A DNA stretch of 64,000 nt from NCBI RefSeq assembly GCF_030144855.1, contig NC_082709.1, positions 64,356,001-64,420,000 of the forward strand, read 5' to 3'. The notes beneath the pieces were generated by a model. It had not been told where the DNA came from. It was given only the letters and a program-made list of their open reading frames with translations, and did no database searches. Each line of letters opens with the position of its first letter. Positions within the stretch are counted from its first letter, which is position 1. Below are positions 24,666 to 38,781 of the stretch, piece by piece. Both the position numbers and the translations under genes were made by a program. Origin of the DNA: Hypanus sabinus. Taxonomy: Eukaryota.

Positions 24666-25671
24666 TATTCATTTCACTTCCACTCATTCATTTTATACTC
24701 CACTTCCACCCCTGGCTTTCAGTTAGCTGCTGCAGACTGTTTTAGCTCAATTAGAATTTGGCTGTAGGGCTTTCTCCTATGCAGTAATGAATCATAGATG
24801 CTGTATTTGTTTAATTCATCATGGATGTCATAAAAACGGATGTGCTCCCTGACTTGCTGCATTAATGTAAGGCTAATATATTTTTTGGGTGTACAAAACA
24901 CATTTGATTTACAGGTTTATATACTATGAAGAGTGTGTATGTGTGAGTCTGCTTATAATTGATGTTGATAATAGTTTACTGTCATATCTACATGGGTAAA
25001 TCTAATTGGAATGCCAGTTGATTTGAGTTTGAATGAATATTCATTCAACCAGTTTACCATGGAGAGAGCCTGCATAATCTGTATTATCATAGAATACTCA
25101 GCTGACATGAGATAAAAATATTCCTCTGTGGCCATAAAGTGGTTTGATTTTCTTTCTTTTCTTTTCTTTTTTTTAAATGAACCTGGTTGGAAAAGTCCAA
25201 GCATCGAGAGAGATTGTGGGAGTAGTCTTCCATATCCTTAACTCTTATGGGCAGCTATGTGTTATGATAAGAAATTGAAGATTTGGCTGGCCATGAATTA
25301 TCTGCTGCAGCTTGAAGTGAAGGATTGAAGTATTTATCGGAAACGATGTGGCGGTGGCAAAGGGACCTGATCCAAGTTCTTAACATTATAATGAAAATGG
25401 AAGAAGTGCACTTAAAATAAATATTTTTGTTGGAGAATCAATAAGTGTGAAAGTGTTCATCCAAAAGAATTTTGTTGATTTCCATCACCACCCTTGACAG
25501 CTTTGTAATCTCCAAGTAATTCTCCATCTTTTTAATCACTGAGTACGGCTGAATTTCAATGTACAAGCAATAGCCTGGTACTTGTCAAATGTAGCTCTTA
25601 TGTTCCTGTCTCCAATTCCCACTCCCTTGCACTCTTCGCAGATATACACATTTATCTGTGTTTCCCATTTC

Positions 25672-27021
25672 CATCATAGTGGTGAAGTGTTTTGAGAGGT
25701 CGATGATGAAACATATCAAATCTTGACTGAGGAGTGAATTGGAATCACTCCAGTTTGCCTAGCAGTGCAACAGGTCCACAGGAGATGTCATTTCATTGGT
25801 TCTTCAATCAACCCTGGAACATCTGGACAGCAAAGGTGCATACATCGGAATGCTCTTTATCAACATTCAATACCATCATCCCCTCAAAACTATTTAATAA
25901 GATCCAAGATCTTGGCCTCAATATCTCTTTGTGCAACTGGGTCCTCTATTACCTTGCTTGCAGACCCCAGTTAGTTTGGATTGGCAACAACATCTCCTCC
26001 ACAATCTCCATCAGCACAAGTGCATCACAAGTCTCTGTGCTTAGCCCCCTACTCTACTCGCTTGACACTTACGACTGTGTGGCTAAGCAAACTCCAAGTT
26101 TGCTGATGACACCACTGGCTTAGGCTGAATCAAAGGTGGTGATGTATCAGCATATAGGAGGGAGATTGAAAATCTGGCTGAGTGGTCTCATAACAACAAC
26201 CTCTTACTCAATGTCAGCAAGACCAAGGAACTGATTATTGACTTAAGGAGAAGGAAACCAGAGGTCTATGAGCCAGTCTTCATTGAAAGATCAGAGGTGG
26301 AGAGGGTCAGCAACTTTAAATTCCTTGTTGTTATTATTTTGGAGGACCTGTTCTGGGCCCAGCACATAAATGCAGTTCCTTAGGAGTTTGTGAAGATTCA
26401 GCATGACATCTAAAAATCTTACAATCTTCTATAAGTGTTTGGTGGAGAGTATATTGACTGGCTGCATCACAGCCTGATATGGAAACATCAGTGCTCTTGA
26501 AAACTTGTGGATACAGCCCAGTCCATCATGGATAAAGCCCTCTGAGTACATCTACACAGACTGTTGTTGCAATAGAGCAACATCCATCATCAGAAACAAC
26601 CACCACCCAGAACAAGCTTTTTTCTCACTACTGCCGTCAGAATGAAAGTACAGGAGCCTCAGGATTTTCACCACCAGATTTAGGAACAGTATAACCATCA
26701 GGCTCTTGAACCAAAGGGGATAATTTTACTCAACTTCACTTGCCCTGTCACAGAACAGTTCCCCCAGTCTATGGAGTCACTTTCAAGGACTCTTCATCTT
26801 ATGTTCTCGATATTTATTGCTTATTTATTTATTATTATTATTTCTTTCTTTTTACATTTGCACAGTTTATTGTCTTTTGCACACTGGTTAAATCCCAAGT
26901 TGGTGTGGTCTTTCACTGATTCTATTATGGTTATTGTTCTATTATGGACTTAGTGAATGTGTGAACAAGAGGATGAATCTCAGGGCTGTGTATGGTGACA
27001 TATATGTGCTTTGAACTTTGA
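25672..27021 (+). mobile_element. Rex/Babar-type LINE RT-to-3' end, decayed
   Basis: VKCFERSMMKHI..LQFA..FNTIIPSKL..VLSPLLYSLDTYDCVAK..FADDTT..LNVSKTKELIID; (TTTGAA) tail. Confidence 0.9.
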
Positions 27022-27544
27022 TCTGTAAGAATTACTTAGCTGGTCAAGAGCACACTATCCATCCACTCATCCCTTTTGTCTTTTGGGGGAAAGGGATGGA
27101 AATGCAACACTCCCACCAATTATTGAGTATCCCTAGCCCGTGACCACTCAAAATAGAGAAGGAGATTTCAGGATGGTATGGAGAACCTCAAGTCTGGGAG
27201 TTGAGAATTCACAGAAACCCAGCATAAGGGGCACACCACCCCACAACCTTACTTTCTATCTGAGAACTCTGTGGGAGAACTCAGAGATCTCACACTGACC
27301 TCTTCAGTAACCAGAGTGGACGCAAATCATTCCTCATTCCAGGTAGCTGATTAAGAAGGGGGAGATGGTGTTCAAGTTCCTGGCTTCCCAGAGCACTTTG
27401 TTAGTTGGGACGAGAATGTTGTCAACCAGCAAATTCATCCTTCTGATTATAGATTAAAGAAATGCAAGAAATCTGTGCATGAAAGCAGCAACTAAATGGG
27501 AAGTGGGGGGTGTGAAGGAGAGAAGAGCTGTGCTCAGCAAGTTC

Positions 27545-28330
27545 CAGACTACTGCTTTTACATTAAGCTGCAGAAGCACTCAGACTGGAATTTAGGGAAT
27601 TAGTTGGCATTTACAAAGTCTGTCAGGGTTGGAGAAAGAAACTAAGAAAATTCTTTTGGCTGAGCATTTTCACACCTATTGATTCTCCAACAGAAATATT
27701 TATCCTCTGAGTACTTCACCTGCTCTCATCATAATTTGAAGAACTTGGATCAGGTCCTTTTGCAGACACCAGAAAGATAACACAAGTGCCATCCCTGCAA
27801 ACATTCCACAGAAGAGATACCGTAATATTCCCTGGATTGATAGAGAGAACCAGTGACAGACTTTGTTCCAGGCCAATTTCTACAACATGGAGATCATAGT
27901 TACAGCCAATAGGTTCCTTTGGGTACCCCAGGTCCTTGCATGTTTGACTCCAGAAACAGACACACTATTGAGCTCTGTCTTAGGAAGAGATTACCAGACA
28001 GACAGATGAAAAAGGTTCAAGGATGTTCTCCAAATCTTCCTTGAAAGATTGCATCATTCCCACTGATTAATTGTGAATCCCTAGCCCAGGGCCACCTACA
28101 GTGCTGAAGGAGCATGAGTGAATAGCATTGAGAAGCTTGGGGCCATGCATCAGGAGCCCAGAATAACCAAACTTAAGCACCGAAAACAACGCATCACCTC
28201 ACAAACTATCCACCTGCTTTCCACAGTGGGTTCCTCTGTCCAGGCTGTCCTCATTAATCACCCAGAATTAGTAAAATTGGTATGGAAGAAAGTCATCCCA
28301 AACTGGAGGGTCTGTGCAAAAAGAATATAA
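27545..28330 (+). mobile_element. RTE-clade LINE 3' fragment, degraded
   Basis: GAGCTCTGTCTTAGGAAGAGATTACCAG..AAGGTTCAAGGATGTTCTCC..ATTCCCACTGA (ELC.GKR..G.Q.KRFKDVLK..IPTD-like). Confidence 0.55.
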
Positions 28331-28864
28331 GAGTATAAGAATATAAATGCAAGGTTCCATTGTGGTTTCCTGTGTTGCCATTATTAGTGATAAATTTGTG
28401 GCTGGAGAGCAGACACGAGCCATCCAAAAAGGGCTGACACAGCGTCAGGGATCATTTACAGGGATGGGCCGAAGCTACTCCTGTTCTACGGAGGATACCT
28501 TGGGCAGATGGCACAGTGACATTCACACTTTACTGACTGTCAGAGCTATCCCTGATACTTAGAAAATTTAGACTCTTAAAGGAACAGACTGAGCTGCTTT
28601 CTTAGCTGAGCAAAATGAAAAGGTCCAGAGTAGCTAATAATATGGAGGAAGGACAGAATGGAATAGTCATGTAACTTGAAAACAGGCCATTCGTCCCCTT
28701 CAGATCTATACCGTAGCAACCTATACTGCTTCCATTTCTCAGCACTTGGCCCATTGCTTTCTATGCCATGGCAATTTATCAGGTTACTTGAATACTTGCT
28801 AAGTTTTGAGAGTATCTGCCTCCTGCAATGCTTTCCAGTTTTCAAGATCCTTGAGGATTACAAA

Positions 28865-31800
28865 AGAATAGAATGTAGAACATAGAACAGTACAGCATAG
28901 GAAAAGGCTTTTTGGCTCACAATGTTGTACTGAACCAGTTAATTAGTAATAAAATGGCCAACTAGACTGATTTTTGTGCCTTCACAATGTCCATATCCTT
29001 CCATTTCTTCACATTCATCTGCCTATCTAAACATCTTGTATTAGTCTGTAATCTTTTTGCCTCTTTCACCTTCCCAGACAATGCATTCCAGGTACCCACC
29101 ACTCTGCATTTGCATAAATAAACACTTGCCCCCCCCCCCACCATATTTACTTTGAAATTACCCTCTCTCACCTTAAATATATGCTTTCTGGTATTAGATA
29201 TGTCAGCCTTTGGAAAAATATACTGTCTGTCTACCTATGCCTCTCCTATTATAATCCTCCATCAGATCCCCCCTCAGCCTTCAGTACTCCAGAAAAAAGA
29301 ACCCAAGTTTGTCCAACCTCTTGTAATAGCACATCTTGCCTAATCCAAGCAACATTCTGGTAAACCTTTTCTACACTCTCTCCAAAGCCTTGATATCCTT
29401 CCTATAATGGGGTGATCATAACTTTATGTAACTCCAGATGCTGTTTAACCTGAATTTGATAAAGCTGCAACATAACTTCCTTGACTAATAAAGGCAAGCA
29501 TACCATATGCCTTTTTAACCATCCTGTCAACCTGTGTTGGGTCATTTTCAGGAAGGTATGAACTTGGAAACCCAAGATCCCTCTGTTCATCACCACTGTT
29601 AAAGGTCTTGCATTTAATGATGTACTGTCTCTGTGTTTGGCCTACCAAGGTGCGACACTTCATGTTTGGCGGTGTTAAGCTCCATTTGCTATTTCTTCGT
29701 CCATATCTACAACTGATCTATATCCCATTGTATTTTTGCCAATATTTTATGCTCTCCATAACACCACCAATCTTTGAATCATCTGCAACCATCTACATTT
29801 TCATCTAGGTCATTTATATACATCACAAACAGCAGAAGTCCCAGGGCAGAGTACTGCAGAACACCACCAGTAACAGGCTTCTAGTGAGAATAGGTCCCTT
29901 CAACAGCTACCCCCTGTCTTCTATGGGCAAACCAATTCTGAATCAAAACAGCCAATTAACCATTGATCCCATGCATCTTAATCTTCTGGATGAACCTCCT
30001 ATGAGGGACCTTGTTAAACACCTTACTAAAATCTAGGAAGAGCAACATCCATAGGTCTGCCTTCATCAGTCACCCTCATCACCTTATCAAAAAGCTCACT
30101 CAAGTTAGTAAGACACATCCCATTCTGGTTCACTCTAATTAGGTCATGGTTTCCCAAATGCTCATTAATTCTACAGTGAAGAATTCTCTCCAGTAACTTT
30201 CCTACCACTGATGTAAGAGTCACCTGTCTATGGTTTCCAGGATTATCTTTTATTCACTGCTTGAATAATGGAACAGCATTAGCTACTTGCAAGTCCTCTG
30301 GGACCTCACCTGTGGCTAGACAGGACATAACAATATTGGTCAAGGCCCGAGCAATCTCTTCTCTTGTGCCCCTCTTAAGAACCTAGGTTATGTCACATCA
30401 GTCCCCGGTGTCTTATCCACCTTAATAGATCAAACACTACCGCCTCCTTTACCTTGAAATGTAGCATATCAGTACACTCGGCAGTGATCTTCCTATCCTC
30501 CTCAACCTTATCCTTGATAAATACTGATGTAAAGTACTCATTAAGGATCTCACTTAAATCCTCCACATCCAAGTGGTTCTTGAGTGGTTCTACCCTCTCC
30601 CTAGTTATCTTTTTGCTGTTGATATAATATAGAATGCCTTGGGATTCTCTTTAATTCTATTAGCCAGGGACTTTTCAGGCCCCTTGTGGCTTTCCTACTT
30701 CTCTTCTTAAATTCTTTTCTGGCTTCTTTATAATCCTCAAGGGTTCTGTTTGAATCTAGATTCCTAAGCTTTATATAATTCTCCTTTTAGTTCTTGACAT
30801 AATTCATCACCTCTGTCAACGTCTTTCCACCCTTGTTCTTCCTTCTGACGAGGTCATATCCACCCTGTACTCTGTGCATTAGGTCTTTGAACATCCTCCA
30901 CATTGGATGTGGACTTACTGAAAAAACAACTGTTCCAAATGAACTCTCCCTAGCTCCTCGCTAATGGTCTCGTTTTTTGCCCTGCTCCAACTTAATACTC
31001 TTCCTCAAGGTCCGTACTTATTGTATCCATATCTGCAGCTATCTTAAAACTTAAGGAGTTATTGTCACTGTTCCCTGACTGCTCACCCACTGAATGGTTG
31101 GTCATCTGCCTAGGATGGTTATCCAACATCCTGTCCTCGTGTTGAACTATCTACATTTTGATTCAGCTATAAAGAAGGCAAGACAGTGGCTATATTGCAT
31201 TAGGAGTTTGAAGAGATTTGATTTGTCACCTAAAACACTCAAAAACTTGTACAGATGTACCGTGGAGAGCATTCTGACAGGCTGCGTCACAGTTTGGTAT
31301 GGTGGGGGGAGGGGGGGGGGGTTGACTACTGCATAGGACCAAAAGAAGCTAGAGAAAATTGTAAAGTTAGTCAGCTCCATCTTGGGTACTAATCCCCGTC
31401 GTAACCAAGACATCTTCAAGGAGCGGTGCCTCAGAAAGGAGGCATCTATTATTAAGGACTCCCGTCACCCAAGGCATGCCCTCTTCTCATTGTTACTGTC
31501 AGGAAAGAGGTACAGAGGACTGAAGGCACACACACTCAGCGATTCAGAAACAACTGCTTCCCCTCTTCCATACGATTCCTAAATGGACATTGAACCCATG
31601 AACACTACCTCACTTTAAAAAAAATATTTATTACTTTTGTTTTTGCACTACTTTAAATATATTTAATGTACATATAGTTACTGTAATTATGTATTTATTT
31701 TTCTTTCTATATTATTATGTATTGCATTGAACTGCTGCTGCTAAGTTAACAAATTTCATGGCACGTGCTGGTGATAATAATTCTGATTCTGACTTATGAA

Positions 31801-32740
31801 GCCGTTCTGGATGTACCTAACGAATTCTGCCCCTTCTAAATCTTTTGCACTCTGTCTGCATATCTGTTCCTTAATGTCTCGGTGGTTGTTGGGGGATCTG
31901 AGGTATAATCCCATCAGAGTGACTGCACCCTTCCTATGTCCCCTCTGAGTGAGGCTGTACCTGATTAGTAATGCAAATCCACTACCTATTTTACCACCCT
32001 CTGTCTTTTCTAAAACATCAAAATCCTGGGACATTAAGCACCCATCCTTGACCCTCTGTAATGACAAAAACATAATAGTTCCATGTATTGACCTATGTTT
32101 TAAGTTCACCTTTACCCATTATACTCCTAGTACTAAAATATGTGAACTATTAAATTATCTGTCCAAACATATTTATTTCTTTGCTTCTGCCTGTTTTTAC
32201 TGGCCTTGACATCTACCTTCCTCTCTACCCTGCCACTTTTAGGCCTGGTTTTCAGTTTTCATTCCCCTGCCAAAGAAATTTAAACCCTTCCTGGTAGCAC
32301 TAATGAACCTCATGGTCAAGAATTTGGACGAGCACATGAATCTTGACGAGCACATGGCACTGGGAGTAATCCAGAGATTGCTACCTTGCAGGTCCTGCTC
32401 TTCAGCCTCTTTACTCACTCCCTATACTCACTATGCAGGACCTCTTCCTTCTTTCTACCATTGTCAATTGCGCCAATGTGCACCACAATCTATTGCTGAT
32501 CACCTTCCCTCTGGAGAATATTCTGCAACCACTCTGAGACATCCTGGGAGGCACCACGTCATTCTGAGGTCTCTTTCACAGCCACAGAACTCCATCCCCC
32601 TAACTATTGAGTCTCCGAACACTATCGCTCCACCTGATGTTACCCTTCTCTACTAAAGCTCAGAGCCGGCCACAGTGCCACTGGCCTGGCTGCTGCATGC
32701 TGTGCCAGGTAGGTCATGCCCCCAGTGCTGTCGAAAGGGG
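28865..32740 (-). mobile_element. Long decayed CR1 LINE (ORF1 esterase remnant, endonuclease, RT, 3' tail), interrupted by Rex at 31150-31792
   Basis: ACATAGA-type tail at 28865; LTSVVGKLLERIL (30026-30223); GLYLRSPN..EQICRQ (31756-32109); ORF1-like LKSRTCKVAISGLLPVP near 32360-32410. Confidence 0.8.
31150..31792 (+). mobile_element. Rex/Babar-type LINE 3' portion
   Basis: KKARQWLYCIRSLKRF..YRCTVESILTGCVTVWYG..KEASIIKDSRHPRH..SGKRYR; (ATTCTG)n tail. Confidence 0.9.
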
Positions 32741-32744
32741 TATC

Positions 32745-32972
32745 CTAGATTAATTCCTCCATTGCTAATTATTAGGAACTGATACCCAATTTGTATTGTA
32801 TTAATATTGGTAGTGTTCTGATTTGTTCTGTATTTCATTTAAATACATAATCTGTTACTCAGTTAAATGGTAATTTGTTTTTTAATACCCTTTTAACTAT
32901 TTCCATGAAATTTCAGCTAATTGAAGCAAAATGTACTGTTCCTAATGTGTCCCAGTTAACCAGAATCCATTA
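32745..32972 (-). mobile_element. Terminal fragment of the Tigger-like element (third copy)
   Basis: ATGTGTCCCAGTTAACCAGAATCCATTA is the reverse complement of the 12782 TIR. Confidence 0.7.
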
Positions 32973-32989
32973 TACTTTTATATACTGCA

Positions 32990-33935
32990 CCTTAGCATAC
33001 CCTCCATTTATTTACCCATGACTGACATGAGGCTCACTGGCCTATAATTTCCCAGCTTAATCTTAGAGCCTTTCTTAAACACCAGAATGACATTTGCTAT
33101 CCTCCAGTACTCAGGCACCTCAGCTCTGACTAAGGATGTTTTAAATATTTGTGTCAAGGCCCCAGCAATTTCTGCATTAGCATCCCTGCAAGGTCTGAGG
33201 GGATACCTTGTTAGGCTGTGGGGATTTAAACACCCTAATTTGCCTCAGGACAGGAAGCACCTATATGCCTTCATCACCAAGGTTGGTTGGGCCACCACTA
33301 TGCCTGCTTGGATTCAAATCTATCTCACTGCTTGGCATACTCCAGAAAGTCCCGTATTTTCCACTGTTTTAAATTTGTGCTTAATTTTCCTGTAAAATAT
33401 GGGTGGTCTTGGCATCAACTACTTTCTGACAAAGAATTTCTTGCTCCTTTTGACCTCTGAAAAATTCATCCCATAGGAAAAAAAATCTTAGATACTCCTA
33501 TTAAGTCTTCTCAACCTTCTCTTCTGCAGTGGAAATAGCCCATGTATCTCAAGTCCTTTCATAATTATAGTTTCCCATCTTTAGTTTCATCCCAGTGAAT
33601 CTTAAGTTCTGTGGTTTCTCTGGATCTCGGTTTTATAATGGACTTTCAAAAACTGTACACACTGCACTTTCTCTAGTCTAACTAGTGTTTTTCATAAATT
33701 ACCTCTTTTACTCTTCACTGTTAAGTGAATGCTTATACAGTAAATCTGAGCTCTTTTCTGTTTCAATGATTCAGTCTTCACTTGGACACGAAGGACAATG
33801 TGTATTTCCGCCCACACATTTCTTTGTTCCCTCAGGTCCTCGTAAATGTATACTCTCCTACCTTGATTTTCTTAGTTTCTGCCCCCTTGCCCTCTGCACT
33901 GAAATGTTTTACCTCATGATCATATGCACTGAAGT
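32990..33935 (-). mobile_element. CR1 fragments, degraded (two pieces)
   Basis: GACTGACATGAGGCTCACTGGCCTATAATTTCCCAG (GNYRPVSLMS) at 33020-33055; decayed CR1 thumb region at 33440-33935. Confidence 0.6.
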
Positions 33936-35954
33936 TGGTTCTGCTGCTGACTGACTCCCAATTATGCCAGCCAGCTTGCCTGTCTTCCTTCTGGTTCTTT
34001 GTGTCAACTCTTGCTTTCATGCCTCTAATGAATTTGGATACAGTGGTTACTGTTGCCATTCCTCCCAAATTAATGTCGAGTTCCCTCAAGTTAAAGAGCT
34101 GTGGGCTGCAGGAAATAAGATGAGAATTATGCATATTAAAAAGGTATGCATATTAAACAAGCTTTTCGTTCTTGCGACATGAGGCTGCTGATACTTAAGT
34201 ATTGCCGTGCAAAACAAACTGCTGAAGGAACTCAATCATCAGGCAGCATTCTCTTTGAACAACGATTTGTTAGTTTAAAAAATTGTTCATGGGGAAAGGC
34301 TTTGTGACAGAGCCTGGGAGGTGGGGGAGGTTGTAAGATGGTAGATAGAAAAGAAATCAAAGAAGGTGTTAGTTACCTATTTTGTTGCTTATTTCTATTT
34401 CACTATGCAGTGAACCATGGCTGATCTTCTTTCTCTGTTTCACTTTCCTGATTTATCCCCCATCACCCAATTCCCATAATATCCCAATCATAATGAAATT
34501 TCCAAAAAACAGCTGTGACTCTAATTGGCACCTTAATTTGCGTTGACTGTACCCGGTCGTGTGTTTATTGAGTTCAAAAACGGATGAGCACAGTCTGCAA
34601 CTTCTGCTCTTCTCTAATCCAAGCATCATTCATTGTAAACCTTCATCTATTCTCCTGCTTTGGACAAAGTTGGAGGAAGCAGGAGGACATTAAATGTAAT
34701 TCCCAGTTTTCAGTTTGCTGATCCAGTGAAATAATCACAGTCTTCCCAGCATTCTTTTTGTTTTTCTATGCTGCGGGCTATTAATATGATTGTGAGTAAG
34801 TAAATTCAAGCAATTTTTTATACTTCTTGAATCAAGTTAACAAACAATTCAGACCTTCGTATTGCACTGTGGATGTGAGTACACCATTGATTTTAGTACA
34901 CTGACTAAATTTGTTCATACAGACTCCTCTCTGTTATTTTCACAACAGCTTAATTTATATTAAGTAAAATTAATGATTTCAAGCTCCTGCTACAGGAACA
35001 ATATGAAGAAATGCAATGCAACTAAAGAGTGCTAATATCCTTGCATCATAATTTCAAGACCTTTGTTCTTTGCAAAGATCTAATATTTTCATGCTAATAT
35101 AAATGTGAATGGAATGAGCTGAGTATGACATGCCTCTTTTTTATATTGCTGGTTTGATGTTTATGGCTCTCATTCCAATATAGACATTGATGTGCTCTGT
35201 TCAAAAATTCATATTGTTCAGATATCTTAAAATACTGAATGTTTTGTTTTTCCATATCAAAATTTGGACAAATGGACATGCAAAAATTTGATGAGTAACT
35301 TTGGTTAAAAAATACAACTATGTGACCTCAAGGTTTAAAAATTAATCTCAACAAACGAAATTGAGCAAGAGACTTACCAGGCGCAGTTAAGTTAAAAATC
35401 TGCCAGCAATCACTTTTGCTGTTGATAGAAATCATTTCTGTGGGACTGAATGACCATTCTAAAGGTAGTGCAAATCTTAATGCTCATAAAATACTGCCAG
35501 CCTCTGCAAGAAAATCCAGTCATTGATTTTGTGAATGGTTGCAGACTACAAGGTGTTGACTGCTTAAAAATTGTGGCACGTCATCAGCAATGTATCGTGA
35601 AGGGTAAAATGCTGTCTAGTGTTTCAGTGGTTGTTTCTGACACTGTTACAGCCAACTTGGAGGAAAAGTACACTTGCATTATGAAAAATATTTTTTTGTA
35701 TTTGAGTTGGATTTCAATGCTGTAGAAAATGCAGTTTCACTGGGCAGTTGTTGGTTGAAGGATAAGTGATGAATCCTTTGGGGTTATGTATTGCCAGAAT
35801 TGTCAAATCTAAATCCAACTGAAATGTGAAATTACTTGATGCTAAAATTTAATTTTACACCATGCTGTGAATAGTTCATTAAAATTATGTGGTGATAGCC
35901 ATTATGTTAATGTTGCTGATGTCTTAATCAAGCTTTTCAGTGGACCTTGGCGCA

Positions 35955-36130
35955 AAAAAAACCTGCAGATACTGGAAATGTGAAACAAAATGAGATGGCT
36001 AGAAGTGCTCAGCGGAACAAGCATCGGATGAAGGGGTCCTAAAACTTTATCAGTCCCCCCCCCCCACCCTCACGGATGCTGCTTAAATGACCAAGTACTT
36101 GCAGCTTCTCTGTATTTCTCGCATCAGAAA
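35955..36130. mobile_element. Compact inverted Penelope terminal-repeat remnant
   Basis: CTGCAGATACTGGAAAT..CTCAGC..GCATC on the minus arm; degenerate GGATGAAGGGG..CCTAAAAC and GATGCTGC..AGTACTTGCAGC on the plus arm. Confidence 0.45.
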
Positions 36131-37059
36131 CTGCCCTGAGATCATGTTAAACGAGGAAGTGAGAGGAAAGTTTGGAATATTTCCCTTGTAGTTTTGGGAA
36201 AAAATCTGATTATTACCCCCCCCCCCCCCCAAAAAAAATATGTTACTTGCAGGTTAATTAACATAAATATTTTGACGGCTCCTAGATTTAGAAGATTGAA
36301 ATTGCTCTTTATCCTTAAGAGAGACTCTGTATGTGTTATCCCTTTGTGCAACGTGGTTCCTTCCCTGGTTTTCAAAGATGTTTCTTTACGTTGTTTAGAT
36401 TGATCTATTGTATCAAAGTAAAAGCATAATTACAGATTAATTGATCATGTATGCATATAGCAGGAAAAAGCAAAGATTTATGAGATCTGCACTGCTCTTT
36501 TCCCATGCTTTCAAGTTGGTGGTAATTCTGAAACCTCATCACTCTTTTTAGCAGATGTCCTCTTGAGCTGAAGCCAAGAAAGGATGATAAAATTTATCAA
36601 TAAAAGTTTTGTGCTGACTCCTAATGCTCAGGATTCAAATTGTATTTTTTTGTGAGCAGTGATGCAGTTTATCATTCTGAAACTCCTGAAATGGGAAGAC
36701 CCATCAAATTCCAGATGCATAAATCGATAACTAGGTTGTTGACTGAAATGTAGTCTTGGGACCAAGAATCTGGCAGTGTTCCCAAGCTCAAGATCTGGAG
36801 CTTATTTTTTTCCAGCAAAATCTTTGTAACGAATGTTGGCAGATAGTTAAATGATGGAGCATCACTACAGCTAATTTTTACCCTACACTTTCCCAATAAC
36901 CTCATATGACCTGCACTCTTCTATTGTGTTCCATGGCACATTCTCAGCTTTATTAAAGTACAAATTAAACAGAATTTATTTGCATTTGCATCACATCTTT
37001 GTCACATATCTTTGCAACCAAATAGTATATTTCAAGTGATGATGGCAATGCTTGGGTTA

Positions 37060-37225
37060 GGCCGCATTGGTAGAAAAAGATGTAAGGTTTCAGGTCAAAG
37101 ACCCTTCTTCAGAACTTGCAGTGAACTCCCGCTTTCCCCAGTGCTCTCCTCAATTCTGGCAAAGGCTTTCAACCTGAAACCTTTACACTGCTTCTCTCTT
37201 CATAGATGTTGGCTGACCAGCTGAG
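37060..37225. mobile_element. Head-to-head pair of Penelope terminal repeats with hammerhead motifs
   Basis: Minus strand 37081-37116 AGTTCTGAAGAAGGGTCTTTGACCTGAAACCTTA; plus strand 37151-37225 AATTCTGGCAAAGGCTTTCAACCTGAAACC..CATAGATG..GCTGAG; plus arm resumes after the CR1 at 37772. Confidence 0.65.
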
Positions 37226-37771
37226 AGAACCTAAGAAATAGGAGCAGGAGTAGTCCATCCAGCTCATCAAGCCTGCCCTGTCGTTCAGAAAGATCATGGC
37301 TGATCTGTCCATAAACTCAGCTCCATCTGCCTGCCTTTTCCCCTATGACCCTTAATTCCTCTGCTATGTAAAAATCTATCTAACTGTATCTTAAATGTAT
37401 TTAGTTAAAGAAGCCTCAAGTGCTTCCCTGGGCAGAGAATTCCATAGATTCACCACTCTCTGGGAAAAAGTTTCTCCTCATCTCTGTCCTAAATCTTTTT
37501 CCCTGAATCTTGAGGCAATGTCCCCTAGTTCTAGTCTCACCTACCAGTGGAAACAACTTTCCTACTTCTATCTTATCTATCCCTTTCAAAATTTTGTATG
37601 TTTCTATAAGATCCCCTCTCATTCTTCTGAATTCCAGAGAGTATAGTCCCAGGCGACTCAATCGCTCCTCATAGGTTAACCCCTTCATCTCTGGAATCAA
37701 CCTGGTGAACCTCCTTTGCACTGCCTCCAAAGCCAGTATATCCTTCCTCAAGTATGGAGACCAGAACTGCA
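37226..37771 (-). mobile_element. CR1 LINE 3' end, well preserved
   Basis: ORF 37416-37772 QFWSPYLRKDILALEAVQRRFTRLIP..RGDLIETYKIL..TRGH. Confidence 0.92.
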
Positions 37772-38109
37772 CTTCTGCATTATTTTCTGAATACAGAGTC
37801 CCCAGTATTTCTGTTTTTATTTCCTGTTTCCAGCATTTGCAATTTTTTGAAAAATACCCCAGTAATTTTCAAGTGATATCATAGAGTAATGTGTGGAAAT
37901 TTGGCTGATGATTTTTCTCCTGCAAGATCCAACTATCAGCAAACTGGTATTACCAGGTCATTGATTCTGAAATAACATGAAAGAAAAAGGATCTTGTATG
38001 AAAGATTCTCAATGCTATTTGGAAATAATGTTGAGGAATCATTTACTTAGATTTGAACATGGTTCAAGTTTATTGTCTCCACTACTGTACTGAAATGTCA
38101 GAAGAACCT

Positions 38110-38380
38110 CACAACATCAGTGAGCTGGGCTTGATCATGACCTCCATTGCTGCCCGTATGGAGTTCACACATTCTCCCTTTGTCTTTGCTCTGTGTTCTC
38201 TGGTTTCTTGCTAATAGCAGATAAAATGCTAGTGGGTAGGTTAATTGCCAACACAATGTTACCTCCAGTGTAGGTGAATGGCAGGGTGGGAATCAATGTG
38301 CATGTGGGAGAGGGTTGGTTGAGTGATGGGATTGCTCAAACAACCAAGAGACTTGATGGGTTCATGCTGTAAAGAATTAT
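38110..38380 (+). mobile_element. V-SINE, degraded
   Basis: CCTCACAAC..CTGGGCTTGATCATGACCTCC..TGGAGTTCACACATTCTCCC..GGTAGGTTAATTG. Confidence 0.6.
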
Positions 38381-38781
38381 GAGAGTTAAATATAAAAGGC
38401 GCAGAGTGCAGAGGTCAAAGGTTTCTGTCAGATATCCATGGAACCATTTGTAAGAAGGATGGGCATTTCCCTGGGTTGTCAAAGCTACAACAAAGCTGTT
38501 TGTGTTGCGTATGTATAAATTGACTGCTGCGAGTCTTGCACGAAACAGGAGAAGTAATTAACAGCTATAAAATGCTTTGAGAGATCCCAAGTGTGGAAAT
38601 GCTGGGTAATTATTTTTTGCTGTATTCTATAATGAGCTAAAATGAATAGTCTCACAATTTCCTTGTCTTATGCAGATAGAATGCTGAGAGAATCTAGCCT
38701 GGCCACATTTACATTGCTTCCATTTTTGTTTCCCAGCTCTTTCCTTCCGTCTGTTTCCTAGTCAGTGTGGATATATTAATA

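Noticed and set aside
24348-24726. Four ORFs of 72-123 aa
   Set aside because: Artefacts of translating through the N gap
32320-32357. NLDEHM-NLDEHM peptide repeat in ORF 32303-32656
   Set aside because: 18-bp tandem slip inside antisense CR1 ORF1 remnant
35370-35505. Minus-strand donor CTG|GTAAGT with upstream acceptor-like sites
   Set aside because: Most frames are closed; the one open peptide is unrecognisable
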